Origin: Candidatus Pyrohabitans jungbluthii
Lineage (GTDB): Archaea; Hydrothermarchaeota; Hydrothermarchaeia; Hydrothermarchaeales; BMS3B
NCBI GenBank assembly: GCA_002010065.2
Contig: MTMD02000013.1
Span: 1-31,357, forward strand
DNA length: 31,357 nucleotides
Reading direction: 5' to 3'
Positions within the stretch are counted from its first letter, which is position 1. Every line of letters starts with the position of its first letter. The notes under the pieces were generated by a model. That model had not been told where the DNA came from and ran no database searches. It saw nothing but the letters and a program-made list of their open reading frames with translations. Shown piece by piece: positions 8,237 to 19,079 of the stretch. The position numbers were made by a program, and so were the translations under genes.

Positions 8237-11054
8237 CCTTTGCGCTTTTATTGGCGGGGTCGTAGATTCCCTGCTCCCCGGCGCGCTGCACCACAACGCT
8301 TGCGTCAAAGGTGCGCTCAAAGAATTGCCTTGCCTCCTCGAGAACGCGAGCCTCGTCCACGTAGCCGCGGAACTCTATCTTAGCAGGGTCTTTAACCAGA
8401 GAAGGCAGGAGCTTCGCAATCTCTTTGCCGTGCTTCCTGAGCTCTTCCTCACGCATTAGCACCTGCATGGCATTCTTCAGCTCAGGTTTAAGCTGGTGGA
8501 GTATCTCCATCATGCGCCACTTCCAGCGTGGGGCGACGTAGAGGTAAATCTTCTTGGGTTTAATATTTGTTACCTGTACTATGCTCTCTATGTCTTCAAG
8601 GGTGCGCGCGATAAGCTCTTCGCCAAGCTCAGCCTCCTCATTCACAAGCTCTTCGCGATAGCTCGGCCAGGGAGCGAGGCTGATGTAGCCCTTCTCGCCC
8701 ATGAGGCTCCATACCTCTTCGCTTAAAGCTGGAGCGTAGGGCGCAATAAGCTTAACCCAGTCACGCAGTACTTCAAGGAGCACCTCTCTATTCGGCTCAT
8801 CCCTGCGCAGGTACCACCTCACGTCGTTGTAAACGTCGAAAAAGCCAGCCTGAAATGCGGAACGGGTCTTGAACTCCTCTAAGCTTTCTGTAGCACGCTT
8901 TATATGCCTCTGCATCCTGCTTCTTAACCAGGCGTCGATGCTCTTCTCCTCGGTGCGAGAGCTTTCCATGTTTATTATCTGCTTTGCCTGCTCCAGGAAG
9001 GCGAGAAGATTGGAAGCCATATCTCGGGCGTTCTTAGCCCGCCAGTCGGGGTCACGCATGCCCTCGCTGGCGTACAGCAGCGTGCATCGCGTGACGCTCG
9101 CCCCGTAGTCGCGCAGAGCATCCTTCAGCGTTATGAAGTTGCCCTTGCTCTTGGACATCTTCTCTCCTTCGATGCTCATCATGCCATTAACACCAATTGC
9201 GCGGGGCCATAGCTCGCGATCAAAGAGCGCCACGTGATGGAAGATGAAGAAGGTGAGGTGGTTGGGTATTAATTCCTTAGCTGAGTTTCTCAAATCTACC
9301 GGCATCCAGTAGAGAAACTCCCGGCGCATCTCCTCAAGAACCTCTTTAGCTATGCCGCTCTGCTTCGCAACCTCTTCTACGCTACCCCTGCCATAGAACA
9401 GGTAGTCGAACACCTCTTTGCTCAGCTTATCGCCGCCTATCCCGTGCTCATTTATATGCTTGGCTATGGTGTAGAAGGTCATGTATACGGTGGAGTCGCT
9501 TAGTGTTTCCACTTTCCACTCGGGGTCCCAGGGTAGGGGTGTCCCCAGCCCGGCTTTGCGGGCGCATGCCTTGTCCTCCAGCCACTCTATGGTGTTTTCA
9601 AAGTTGGAGCGCGCCTCTTCGGGAAATATCTTCATCCCCGCAAGAGCTTCTCTAACGCGAGCCTTCCATGCCTCGTCGCTGTACTTGAGGAACCATTGGT
9701 CCTTGAGAATTTTTACAAGGCAGCGCGTACCACAGCGGCACACCACCTCGTCGGTAAGCTCGTACATCTTGTCTGCGATACCCTGAGCGATAAAGTCAGC
9801 GATGAGCTCTTTCTTCGCCTCGTTCACCTTCTTGCCAGCGTACTTGCCAGTAATCTCCTTGAGCACGCCCTTGTAGAACTCCTCGCGGTAGATCGTCTCC
9901 GTCGCCTCTTCTAAGCGAGCGTCGTGCTGGTCAGCGATGCTCATGCGCTCGCATATCTCTATCGCCGGATGCTCCCCGTAGTTGGGCACCTTTATTAGGG
10001 AAATGGGTTTGATGCTAAGAAGTTCCTCTTTAGTTATGCCGTACTTCTCCACCTGCTCAGGGGCACGCTGAAGGTCTCTTAAAGCTACGTAGTCGTAGGG
10101 CGCATGCGAGGGCACAGACATAACCACGCCTGTGGCGTTGTCTGGGTCAACAAAGCTCGCGGGCAGAATGAGAATCTCACGCTTGCTAATCGGGTCGAGG
10201 CAGCGCTTGCCTATAAGTTTCTCTCCGGGAATCTCCTCCTCTACGCTAACATCATCCTTCTGCTCCTTTATCTTCGGCACAGCCTCCTTGCTAACTATCC
10301 AGCGCTCATTGCCAACGCGGATTTTTACATAGCTCGCTTCGGGATTGAGCCACATGTTGGTCACGCCGTAAATCGTCTCTGGTCTGAGCGTTGCCGCCAC
10401 GAGGTAGGCATCGCCAAAGCCAAACTTGAGCAGGATGAACTCAGTGGGCGAAACCCCTTCGCCGCGCAGGCGGTCATGATCTCCGGTTGGCGATTCATCA
10501 TGGGGACACCACACCACCGGGTGCGTACCTTTGGTAACATAGCCCTTCTCGCGAAGGGTGATGTACTGCCATTCGATAAATCTGGAAAAAGGAGGGTGAA
10601 GCGAGGTTGTTGTGAACTCTCGCCTCCAGTCTATACTGTGCCCCAGCTCCTTTAATGCACGCTTTGACTCGCGTATGTAGTAGCGCGCTATATACTCAGG
10701 GTCGGTGAATTTTTTAAGCTCCTCCTCGGGTACGCCGTCGATATCGCGGAAGATGCGAATCTGCTGCTCGTCGCCGCGCCTAACCCGCTCTGCAGCGCCT
10801 GCGATGGGCTCGCCGGTGATGTGCCATGCCCAGGGGAAGAGCACATTGTAGCCCTGCATGCGCTTGAAGCGCGCATATACGTCAACACGGGTTGAGGTGA
10901 ACGCATGCCCCAGGTGGAGGGGGCCATTCATGTATGGGAAAGGAAAGGTCACAAAAACCTTCGGTCTATTATCTGGGTCAGCTTCAAATACTCTATCCTT
11001 ATCCCAGCGCTCCGCCCACTTCCTGTCTATCTCCTTGAGCTCATCCGCGCGCAT
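8202..11054 (-). CDS. leuS: Leucine--tRNA ligase (archaeal type)
   Basis: FPYMNGPLHLGH, ATLRPET, ATGVVMSVPSHAPYD editing domain, KMSKSKGN, C-terminal KAMPLKPAIYLE; ATG 11054 has a GAGGT RBS. Confidence 0.96.
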   Translation of the reverse strand: MRADELKEIDRKWAERWDKDRVFEADPDNRPKVFVTFPFPYMNGPLHLGHAFTSTRVDVYARFKRMQGYNVLFPWAWHITGEPIAGAAERVRRGDEQQIRIFRDIDGVPEEELKKFTDPEYIARYYIRESKRALKELGHSIDWRREFTTTSLHPPFSRFIEWQYITLREKGYVTKGTHPVVWCPHDESPTGDHDRLRGEGVSPTEFILLKFGFGDAYLVAATLRPETIYGVTNMWLNPEASYVKIRVGNERWIVSKEAVPKIKEQKDDVSVEEEIPGEKLIGKRCLDPISKREILILPASFVDPDNATGVVMSVPSHAPYDYVALRDLQRAPEQVEKYGITKEELLSIKPISLIKVPNYGEHPAIEICERMSIADQHDARLEEATETIYREEFYKGVLKEITGKYAGKKVNEAKKELIADFIAQGIADKMYELTDEVVCRCGTRCLVKILKDQWFLKYSDEAWKARVREALAGMKIFPEEARSNFENTIEWLEDKACARKAGLGTPLPWDPEWKVETLSDSTVYMTFYTIAKHINEHGIGGDKLSKEVFDYLFYGRGSVEEVAKQSGIAKEVLEEMRREFLYWMPVDLRNSAKELIPNHLTFFIFHHVALFDRELWPRAIGVNGMMSIEGEKMSKSKGNFITLKDALRDYGASVTRCTLLYASEGMRDPDWRAKNARDMASNLLAFLEQAKQIINMESSRTEEKSIDAWLRSRMQRHIKRATESLEEFKTRSAFQAGFFDVYNDVRWYLRRDEPNREVLLEVLRDWVKLIAPYAPALSEEVWSLMGEKGYISLAPWPSYREELVNEEAELGEELIARTLEDIESIVQVTNIKPKKIYLYVAPRWKWRMMEILHQLKPELKNAMQVLMREEELRKHGKEIAKLLPSLVKDPAKIEFRGYVDEARVLEEARQFFERTFDASVVVQRAGEQGIYDPANKSAKAMPLKPAIYLE

Positions 11055-11173
11055 CTCTATACCTCGCATTTCTGAATCGCTCTCAACGCTATTAAAATTT
11101 TGCCCTTTCAGATTCCAAGCTATGGCGTGCCTGTTCGCCAGCATGAGATACAGCTTTTCCTCTGTCTAGCTAA

Positions 11174-13005
<1,832 letters not shown>

Positions 13006-13099
13006 AATTCCACATTACCTCATTTTCTCTTTATAACCTTAATCTTTATCATGACAAATTATAAAAAGATGGATAGTTTACCTTTATCATGAAGGAAAA

Positions 13100-16000
13100 A
13101 TGAAGAAGTTTCTCATAGCTTTGGCAATTCTGCTCGCCTTTATTGGCGAGGTCCATGCTGTAACCCTGGCGAATATAACCATTGATGGAAGCTTTGAGGA
13201 CTGGGCGGGTGTGCTTTCCGATTCCGATAACTACGTGAATGATGGAATATCTGGGATAGATGACCAGGATAATCCCCAGTCAAAGCGTGATATAACCAAA
13301 TTCGCCTATACCTGGAACTCAACTCATCTGTTTTTTTATTTTAAAAGGTATCTTTCTCCAGGTGATGTGTACTTTCATGTTTACCTTGACGGCGACAGAG
13401 ACTTGCTAATGGAGACCAACGAGAAGGTGGTGAGGGCCTACTTTGCGGGGCAGGGGAATTTTGATGAAGGAGGTGTTGGCAACTATTCCCCCAGCGACGC
13501 TTCTGGCGATACCCTGTGCGGCGATGGTTGTACCCTGCCCGGAACCCTTAGTTCAGAAAACACAACAGCAGGCGTAACCGGAGCAAGCAATGGCTTGGAG
13601 TTTGAGGTAGCTGTGCCCTGGAGCGCTTTGGGCTTATCTCCTGGTACTCCCATGAAATTTAAAGCTTCGTCCTCAATCAACGGAAACCTACCACCTAACC
13701 AAGACAACACAAACATAACAGACTCGCTGTATGTTGGCGTCTCAATTTATCCCAACAATGTGGGAGGAGGGGTTAAAGGAAGTACGGTAAGTTATTTACA
13801 TACCGTGGAAAACCTTGGCAACGCCTACGATACCATAGAGATAAGCACCTCAGGAACGAGAAGCGACTGGAGCGTGGAGCTTTTCTATGCTGATGGTACG
13901 CCGCTGAGCGATACCGATGGCGATGGAAGTGTTGACGTGGGAAGCGTTGCCCCAGGCGAAAGCGTTGACATAATAGTGAACATCACCATTCCCTCAAGCG
14001 CAAATGAGGGCGATGAAGATGTAACCACCGTGACTGCGACATCCTCTCTCGACGAAAGCGTATCAAGCAGCGCCACAGACACCACTCGAGTTGGCTCGAT
14101 AGTGATAATACCAGACAACTCAGCTAAGGCGGTGCCTGGCACAGTTAACTACTACAACCATACCATTACCAACAACCAGGCTAAAGACGACACCATAGAG
14201 GTTAATGCAACCTCGAGCAAGGGGTGGAGCGTGGAGCTTTTCTATGCTGATGGTACGCCGCTGAGCGATACCGATGGCGATGGAAGTGTTGACGTGGGAA
14301 GCGTTGCCCCAGGCGAAAGCGTGGATATTATGGTAAAATTCTACGTACCAGCAGGCGCTAACCCAGGAGAGCAAGATGTTATAACAGTAACAATAACCTC
14401 CTCCCTTCCACCCTACCCCCAAAGTTCAGCCAACGACACCACCACTGTCGCCGAGAGGGTAACAATAGTACCTGACAACGAGGGCAGGGGAGGACCAGGA
14501 ACCACGATAAGTTATACCCACACTGTTACCAACAGCTGGAATGAGAGCGATGTGATTGAAATCTCTGCCTCAAGCTCTCAGGGCTGGGAGGTGAGCTTTT
14601 ACCATAGCGACGGCGTTACACCATTGAGCGATACCGACGGCGACGGTAGCGTGGATACGGGCGAACTCGCACCCAATGGAGGCAGCGTTGAGATAATAGT
14701 GAGAATTTCAATACCTTCAGGTGTAAGCGAAGGTACGAATGATACCACAACTGTAATTGCTACCTCATCCTTAGACGAGAACTATTTTGACTCTGCTACC
14801 GACATCACAATTGTGCAGACGCTGGTTACCTACAGCGATGCTTCGAGAACAACCTACTCAGATCTCTTCGCAATTGGTGACACAGTTTATGCAAGGGCAA
14901 GTGGTCTAACCCCTAATCGAGATGTGAGATTTGACTGGTTAGACTCCAGTGACACCCTGGTTAGGAGCGCCACATACAGGGTACCCGCCAATGGCATTGT
15001 AGACGACGAGTACACAATTGCGGAGAGTGACTTGCCCGGCAACTGGTGGATTATACTGTCGGAAGTCAGTGGTGGGAGAACCAACGAAATTACCAGAGTC
15101 CGCTTCTTCGTAGACTCCTCACCCGTGGTTGAGGTACTATCGCCGAACGGCGGCGAAATGTGGCGTGGCATTAGAAACATCACCTGGGATGCCTACGATG
15201 GCGACGAGATGAACAACCTTACCTTCACCATTCAGTACTCTCCTGACAACGGCACAACCTGGAGAAACATAACCTCAAGCTTGGCAAACGAGACCAGAAG
15301 CTACCTCTGGGATACTTCGCAGGCTACGCAGGAGTGGGGCGACGGCGACAACTTTTTGATAAGGGTGATAGCCTACGATGGCTATTTAAGCGGCTACGAC
15401 GTTTCCAACGCTACGTTTAGCATAGACAACACCCCCCCTGAGATTAGCAACGTAAGTGCCAGTCCAGACCCAGTATTACTAGGTGGAACAGTAAACATCA
15501 CCGCAAATATAACCGACGCAGCGCATGCTGTGGACACAGCACTTTTAGAGATAACCCTGCCCAACGGTAGCGTTGAGGGGAACTTCACTATGCTTTACGC
15601 TGGGGATGGTGTCTACTACTATGAGTACACCACAACCTTGGAGGGGCAGTACAACTTCGTCATCTATGCAAATGACACCTTCAGCAATCTCGCCTCTGTC
15701 TCAAGCAACTTCACCTCGGGTGGAGAGGTTATAGACGTGACCCTTTCCTGCTATACCTTAGATTTTGGAAGCGTAAATCCAGGTACAAACTATTCTCCAG
15801 CGGACTGCTTCCCCCTCGTGGTTATAATAGAAAACACCACCAATGTTGAGACAAACCTGACGATAAAAGGTACAGACATGGTTCACAACACCGACCCAAG
15901 CTATGCTATCGCCGTAGGAAACATAACCTACTCCAACCAAAGCGACGGAGCAAAAACCCAGCTGGACTATAACTACCTCTCGCCACCGCCCTATCCAGAC

Positions 16001-16129
16001 TGGGCAAATATACCTCCACCAGGTAGCGAAGATATAAACCGCTCGATCTACCTCTGGATTAGCGTACCGCCCGGACAACCTGCCGGAGTGTACAATTCAA
16101 CTATAACTGTAAAGGTGGAAAAAGCTTAG
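13100..16129 (+). CDS. Large secreted adhesin-like protein: DOMON/CBM9-like N-domain, three NEW3-like repeats with DxDxDG loops, Ig domains, C-terminal pilin-like domain
   Basis: Signal peptide; ITIDGSFEDW...FEVAVPWSALG; 3x LSDTDGDGSVD; SPNGGE domain; no TM anchor; C-terminal domain aligns by eye with the 174-aa protein. Confidence 0.75.
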   Translation: MKKFLIALAILLAFIGEVHAVTLANITIDGSFEDWAGVLSDSDNYVNDGISGIDDQDNPQSKRDITKFAYTWNSTHLFFYFKRYLSPGDVYFHVYLDGDRDLLMETNEKVVRAYFAGQGNFDEGGVGNYSPSDASGDTLCGDGCTLPGTLSSENTTAGVTGASNGLEFEVAVPWSALGLSPGTPMKFKASSSINGNLPPNQDNTNITDSLYVGVSIYPNNVGGGVKGSTVSYLHTVENLGNAYDTIEISTSGTRSDWSVELFYADGTPLSDTDGDGSVDVGSVAPGESVDIIVNITIPSSANEGDEDVTTVTATSSLDESVSSSATDTTRVGSIVIIPDNSAKAVPGTVNYYNHTITNNQAKDDTIEVNATSSKGWSVELFYADGTPLSDTDGDGSVDVGSVAPGESVDIMVKFYVPAGANPGEQDVITVTITSSLPPYPQSSANDTTTVAERVTIVPDNEGRGGPGTTISYTHTVTNSWNESDVIEISASSSQGWEVSFYHSDGVTPLSDTDGDGSVDTGELAPNGGSVEIIVRISIPSGVSEGTNDTTTVIATSSLDENYFDSATDITIVQTLVTYSDASRTTYSDLFAIGDTVYARASGLTPNRDVRFDWLDSSDTLVRSATYRVPANGIVDDEYTIAESDLPGNWWIILSEVSGGRTNEITRVRFFVDSSPVVEVLSPNGGEMWRGIRNITWDAYDGDEMNNLTFTIQYSPDNGTTWRNITSSLANETRSYLWDTSQATQEWGDGDNFLIRVIAYDGYLSGYDVSNATFSIDNTPPEISNVSASPDPVLLGGTVNITANITDAAHAVDTALLEITLPNGSVEGNFTMLYAGDGVYYYEYTTTLEGQYNFVIYANDTFSNLASVSSNFTSGGEVIDVTLSCYTLDFGSVNPGTNYSPADCFPLVVIIENTTNVETNLTIKGTDMVHNTDPSYAIAVGNITYSNQSDGAKTQLDYNYLSPPPYPDWANIPPPGSEDINRSIYLWISVPPGQPAGVYNSTITVKVEKA
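13868..14322 (+). repeat. Identical 98-bp intragenic direct repeat (13868-13965 and 14225-14322); diverged third copy from about 14585
   Basis: Base-by-base comparison; offset 357 nt (119 codons). Confidence 0.95.
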
Positions 16130-16800
16130 CGCCTCCTCCTAAGCAGGAAGATTGCAGCAAAGAGTATTACCGCCACCACTGCAATGTACTCGGGCTTTAT
16201 TCCCTTCTCTTCCTCTGTTATTATCCTCTCCGTGTACTCCCGCTTTATTGTTTTAACCGTAAAGGCGAAGTTTCTCTGCTGGTTTAGAGCTACGTTGCCA
16301 CCTTCTCCTAGCCAGAAGGCGGTTCCCCTAACATTTATGGGGTACTCCTTCCAGAGCTCTGCATCTTTCGGAACCTTCACCTTGATTTTCACAACCTTAG
16401 CTGGTATGAATCCCTCTACCTTCCCGGATACCAAATATTCCATGCCTTCTGGAACCTGCTCTGGCTTCTCAGGGACTGGTTTTGAAGGTTCTACATATAA
16501 GTTCTCAGTTACTGTAATCACCCTTCCCTGCACCTCAACTTGCTGCTCGTGGATGGGTGGCTCAATCTCCACTTCCCAGCCTTCAGGATAGGAGGTGAGT
16601 TCAAGCTTAATGTGGGTTATTCTGTCGCCGTAGATGTTGAAGAAATAAAGGAGAAGTTCGCCCTCTTCTCCTGGCTCAAGAGATATGGACTTCATTTTCT
16701 GCATGCTACCAAAGTTGAAGGCGGCCGCATAAACAATACCTGTCAGGATTATTAAAAAAACTGATGTTACCATCATTCTGCGGACATGCATAATTTTCAT
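16126..16800 (-). CDS. Single-Ig-domain protein with signal peptide and C-terminal TM anchor; putative pilus chaperone/assembly factor
   Basis: LEPGEEG..FFN, YPEGWEV, VKVPKDA, GGNVALNQQRNFAFTV, TM plus RRRR tail; GGAGG RBS. Confidence 0.6.
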   Translation of the reverse strand: MKIMHVRRMMVTSVFLIILTGIVYAAAFNFGSMQKMKSISLEPGEEGELLLYFFNIYGDRITHIKLELTSYPEGWEVEIEPPIHEQQVEVQGRVITVTENLYVEPSKPVPEKPEQVPEGMEYLVSGKVEGFIPAKVVKIKVKVPKDAELWKEYPINVRGTAFWLGEGGNVALNQQRNFAFTVKTIKREYTERIITEEEKGIKPEYIAVVAVILFAAIFLLRRRR

Positions 16801-16861
16801 CCTCCTTATAATTCAAAAAAATAGAATTAACTATAAAAAAATTTCGTCAAAGTCAAAACCC

Positions 16862-16915
16862 CAAACAATAACTGTGATAGGTATAAAAATAAAAAATAGA
16901 AGGAGAGTTCCCAGA
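16862..16915 (-). terminator. Oligo-T terminator downstream of the small pilin gene
   Basis: Minus strand reads CCTTCTATTTTTTATTTTTA shortly after the stop. Confidence 0.55.
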
Positions 16916-17440
16916 TTAGGCGGGGTCTCCTGTTATGTAAACAGTTGTATTGTAAGTGTCTGCGGCCTGTGCACTGGGTATAGTTACCCTGAAGTACACG
17001 TCCACGCTATAGCCGGGTGCTATATTGCCTGCAAATTGGGTGGTGCTGTTGGTTACAGATGTCCAAGTGCCATCAAGCGAGGTATTGTACTCCATCTGCG
17101 TAATGGGAAAGCCATTGGACGGATTGGTTGTCCCATTGAAGTACTGATCTCCACTTATAGAAAAGTTTGCGTTTGTATTGCTGATTGCGTCATTGGTAAC
17201 AGTAAGCGGGAATCCGCTTCCAGATTGTGCGTTACTTGTTGAGCCTGGGTTCGTACTAGGAAAGTTTATTGGGGCATTAGTTAGTGTTATACTCAAATAT
17301 GTGGGAACTGTCACCTCAGCGTAGGTCTGTTCAGTCACTCCTGCAGCAGGTGACGCTGATAGCACGAGAAGCAGTGCAAGCGCTGCAACACCGAGTGCTC
17401 CTATCAGCCTAAAATCCAATTTTTCTCTGGTCATGTGCAT
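16916..17440 (-). CDS. Small secreted Thr/Asn-rich beta protein; putative major pilin
   Basis: Signal peptide (..SPAAG), N-terminal alternating strand EQTYAEVTVP, INF..TNPG, C-terminal IPSAQAADTYNTTVYIT resembling SCPU/WxL/CS1-type pilins; several N-glycosylation sequons; T-rich terminator follows. Confidence 0.65.
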   Translation of the reverse strand: MHMTREKLDFRLIGALGVAALALLLVLSASPAAGVTEQTYAEVTVPTYLSITLTNAPINFPSTNPGSTSNAQSGSGFPLTVTNDAISNTNANFSISGDQYFNGTTNPSNGFPITQMEYNTSLDGTWTSVTNSTTQFAGNIAPGYSVDVYFRVTIPSAQAADTYNTTVYITGDPA

Positions 17441-17690
17441 ACCCCGACTTTTAGGTATAATATTTCTTATATTTACGTATACGTATCAATTAGTTTGCGA
17501 TTAAGTTAACTATTTAGAACATTTTTGAAAAATAAAGCCAGTAATATTCGACTTTTGTGAAAATAATTTCATATATATCGCCGTATGTGTAATGAATTAC
17601 ACAGAAATAAAGTTACGTAAATTTAATTACATAAAATTTATATTTTTGTATAAAAAACTTTACCTTGTGTTATCTAGTAATTATTTCGCT
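17441..17690. promoter_or_regulatory. AT-rich regulatory region with several palindromes
   Basis: TACGTATACGTA (17474-17485), TGTGTAAT-ga-ATTACACA (17586-17603), TTACGTAA (17613-17620). Confidence 0.55.
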
Positions 17691-17744
17691 TCACCTAATC
17701 ACTTCCTCTCTTGGGTAGAGGTCACAAACATTCTCCAGGAGCCT

Positions 17745-18299
17745 TTATTTCCTCTCGTGGAACCTCTTACCCAGAGCGAACTTTCCCACCTCGTGGTGCG
17801 TTCCCTCGACCACCTCTATACCAAGAGATTCAATGCTCTTCTTTATGTCTTCCTTGAAGATGCACCTGTTGAAGGGCTCCTCCATGAGCATGCAGGAACT
17901 CATGTGTATGACATCCACGCCGTAGCGTTTTAGTGTGTTCGCCAGCCTGAAGGTGCGCCTGCCTGAGCACCCGCCACAGGTGAAGAATCCTACCAAGCTG
18001 GTTTCCTCGCCCTCGTAGCGCTTGAAAAGCTCCTTTTTGTTCTCATACGCGAGCAGGCAGCCTATGCCAGGGCAAACCTCGCTGACTATGTCGCACCTAA
18101 CAATGGCGATCCTCTTTTTCTTTTTGCCCTCTTCCTCCTCCAGGCCCAGGTACTTAGCTTTGGCTTTAAGGGCGATCTCCTTGGTAACCTTCTCTAAACC
18201 CTCCTCTTTGGCAAGCTTTTCCACAGCTTTCTTAGCCAGGGGTCGAACAAAACTAGGAACTTCTTTCAGAACCTCCAGCGCGTCATCTTCCCACTTCAT
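17745..18299 (-). CDS. PCP-reductase-like N-terminal domain fused to a CGGC domain
   Basis: MKWEDDA...VPSFVRPLAKKAVE..A...G...VT; IVRC..SEVCPGIGC, FFTCGGCSG, HMSSC, GTH. Confidence 0.85.
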   Translation of the reverse strand: MKWEDDALEVLKEVPSFVRPLAKKAVEKLAKEEGLEKVTKEIALKAKAKYLGLEEEEGKKKKRIAIVRCDIVSEVCPGIGCLLAYENKKELFKRYEGEETSLVGFFTCGGCSGRRTFRLANTLKRYGVDVIHMSSCMLMEEPFNRCIFKEDIKKSIESLGIEVVEGTHHEVGKFALGKRFHERK

Positions 18300-18333
18300 A
18301 ATTCAATCCTCTTCCAGAGTCCTACTTCTGTGC

Positions 18334-18453
18334 TTAGCCGTGAATCAGCATGGGAAGGCACCGCACACAGATGTAGTGTTCTTCCTGCTTGTGGTAGTAC
18401 TCTATTATTGGTACTTCCTCTTCGCTTCTGCTGCAGTTTTCACACTTTTTCAT
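18334..18453 (-). CDS. 39-aa CxxC...CxxC zinc-finger microprotein (not in ORF track)
   Basis: MKKCENCSRSEEEVPIIEYYHKQEEHYICVRCLPMLIHG*; fills the gap upstream of the CGGC gene on the same strand. Confidence 0.75.
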   Translation of the reverse strand: MKKCENCSRSEEEVPIIEYYHKQEEHYICVRCLPMLIHG

Positions 18454-18544
18454 AGTGATAGCTCAGCTTTATATCTTATCCCATTTTTCCCGAAAATGTT
18501 CGACCAATAACCTTTAACTTCGTTACCTCATAATTTCACAGCAG

Positions 18545-19054
18545 GTGATGCCTTTGTACAAAAAAATTAAGGGCAGGGTGTGGCGTTTCGGTGCAAATGT
18601 TGACACTGATCAGATAATCCCGGCGGAGTATTTAATCACCGCCGACCCCAAGGAGCTTGCGAAGCACGCGTTTGAAAAGGTGAAACCTGAGTTTGCACAG
18701 CAGGTTAAGGCGGGCGACATAATCGTAGCTGACGAAAACTTCGGGTGCGGCTCCTCGCGTGAGCATGCGCCGAGGGCTCTGATGGGCGCCGGCATAAGCG
18801 TGGTAATTGCGAAGAGCTTCGCAAGAATCTTCTTCAGGAACAGCATAAACATAGGCCTGCCCCTAATCGAGGCAAGCGTGGACGCGGAAGAGGGGGATGA
18901 GCTTGAGGTTGACTTCTCGCAGGGCATAATAAAGAACCTCACAAAGAACAGGGAGTACACCTTTAAACCCCTGCCGGAGTTTCTCCTCAACCTTCTTGAG
19001 AGCGGGGGTTTGGTGGAGTACACCAAGCGTGAGCTTGAGAAGGCTCAAACTTAA
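18545..19054 (+). CDS. leuD: 3-isopropylmalate dehydratase/homoaconitase small subunit (LeuD/HacB family)
   Basis: NVDTDQIIPAEYL, NFGCGSSREHAP, SFARIFFRNSINIGLP, GGLVEY; paralog specificity not resolved. Confidence 0.85.
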   Translation: MMPLYKKIKGRVWRFGANVDTDQIIPAEYLITADPKELAKHAFEKVKPEFAQQVKAGDIIVADENFGCGSSREHAPRALMGAGISVVIAKSFARIFFRNSINIGLPLIEASVDAEEGDELEVDFSQGIIKNLTKNREYTFKPLPEFLLNLLESGGLVEYTKRELEKAQT

Positions 19055-19079
19055 TAAGGCCGCAGCATAAGATTACGTC

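Noticed and set aside
11055-11144. 30-aa N-terminal extension of LeuRS
   Set aside because: It spans the likely promoter; ATG 11054 has an RBS and a typical N-terminus
13868-14680. CRISPR array or DGR template/variable repeat pair
   Set aside because: The repeats are in-frame protein domain repeats with no spacers, no A-specific mismatches and no cas or reverse transcriptase gene
16916-17440. Type IV pilin/archaellin or TasA/SipW-type pilin
   Set aside because: No class III signal peptide with a retained hydrophobic N-terminus; no ATPase/TadC or SipW gene in the locus
17592-17933. 113-aa + strand ORF
   Set aside because: It starts in AT-rich intergenic DNA and runs antisense to the CGGC gene
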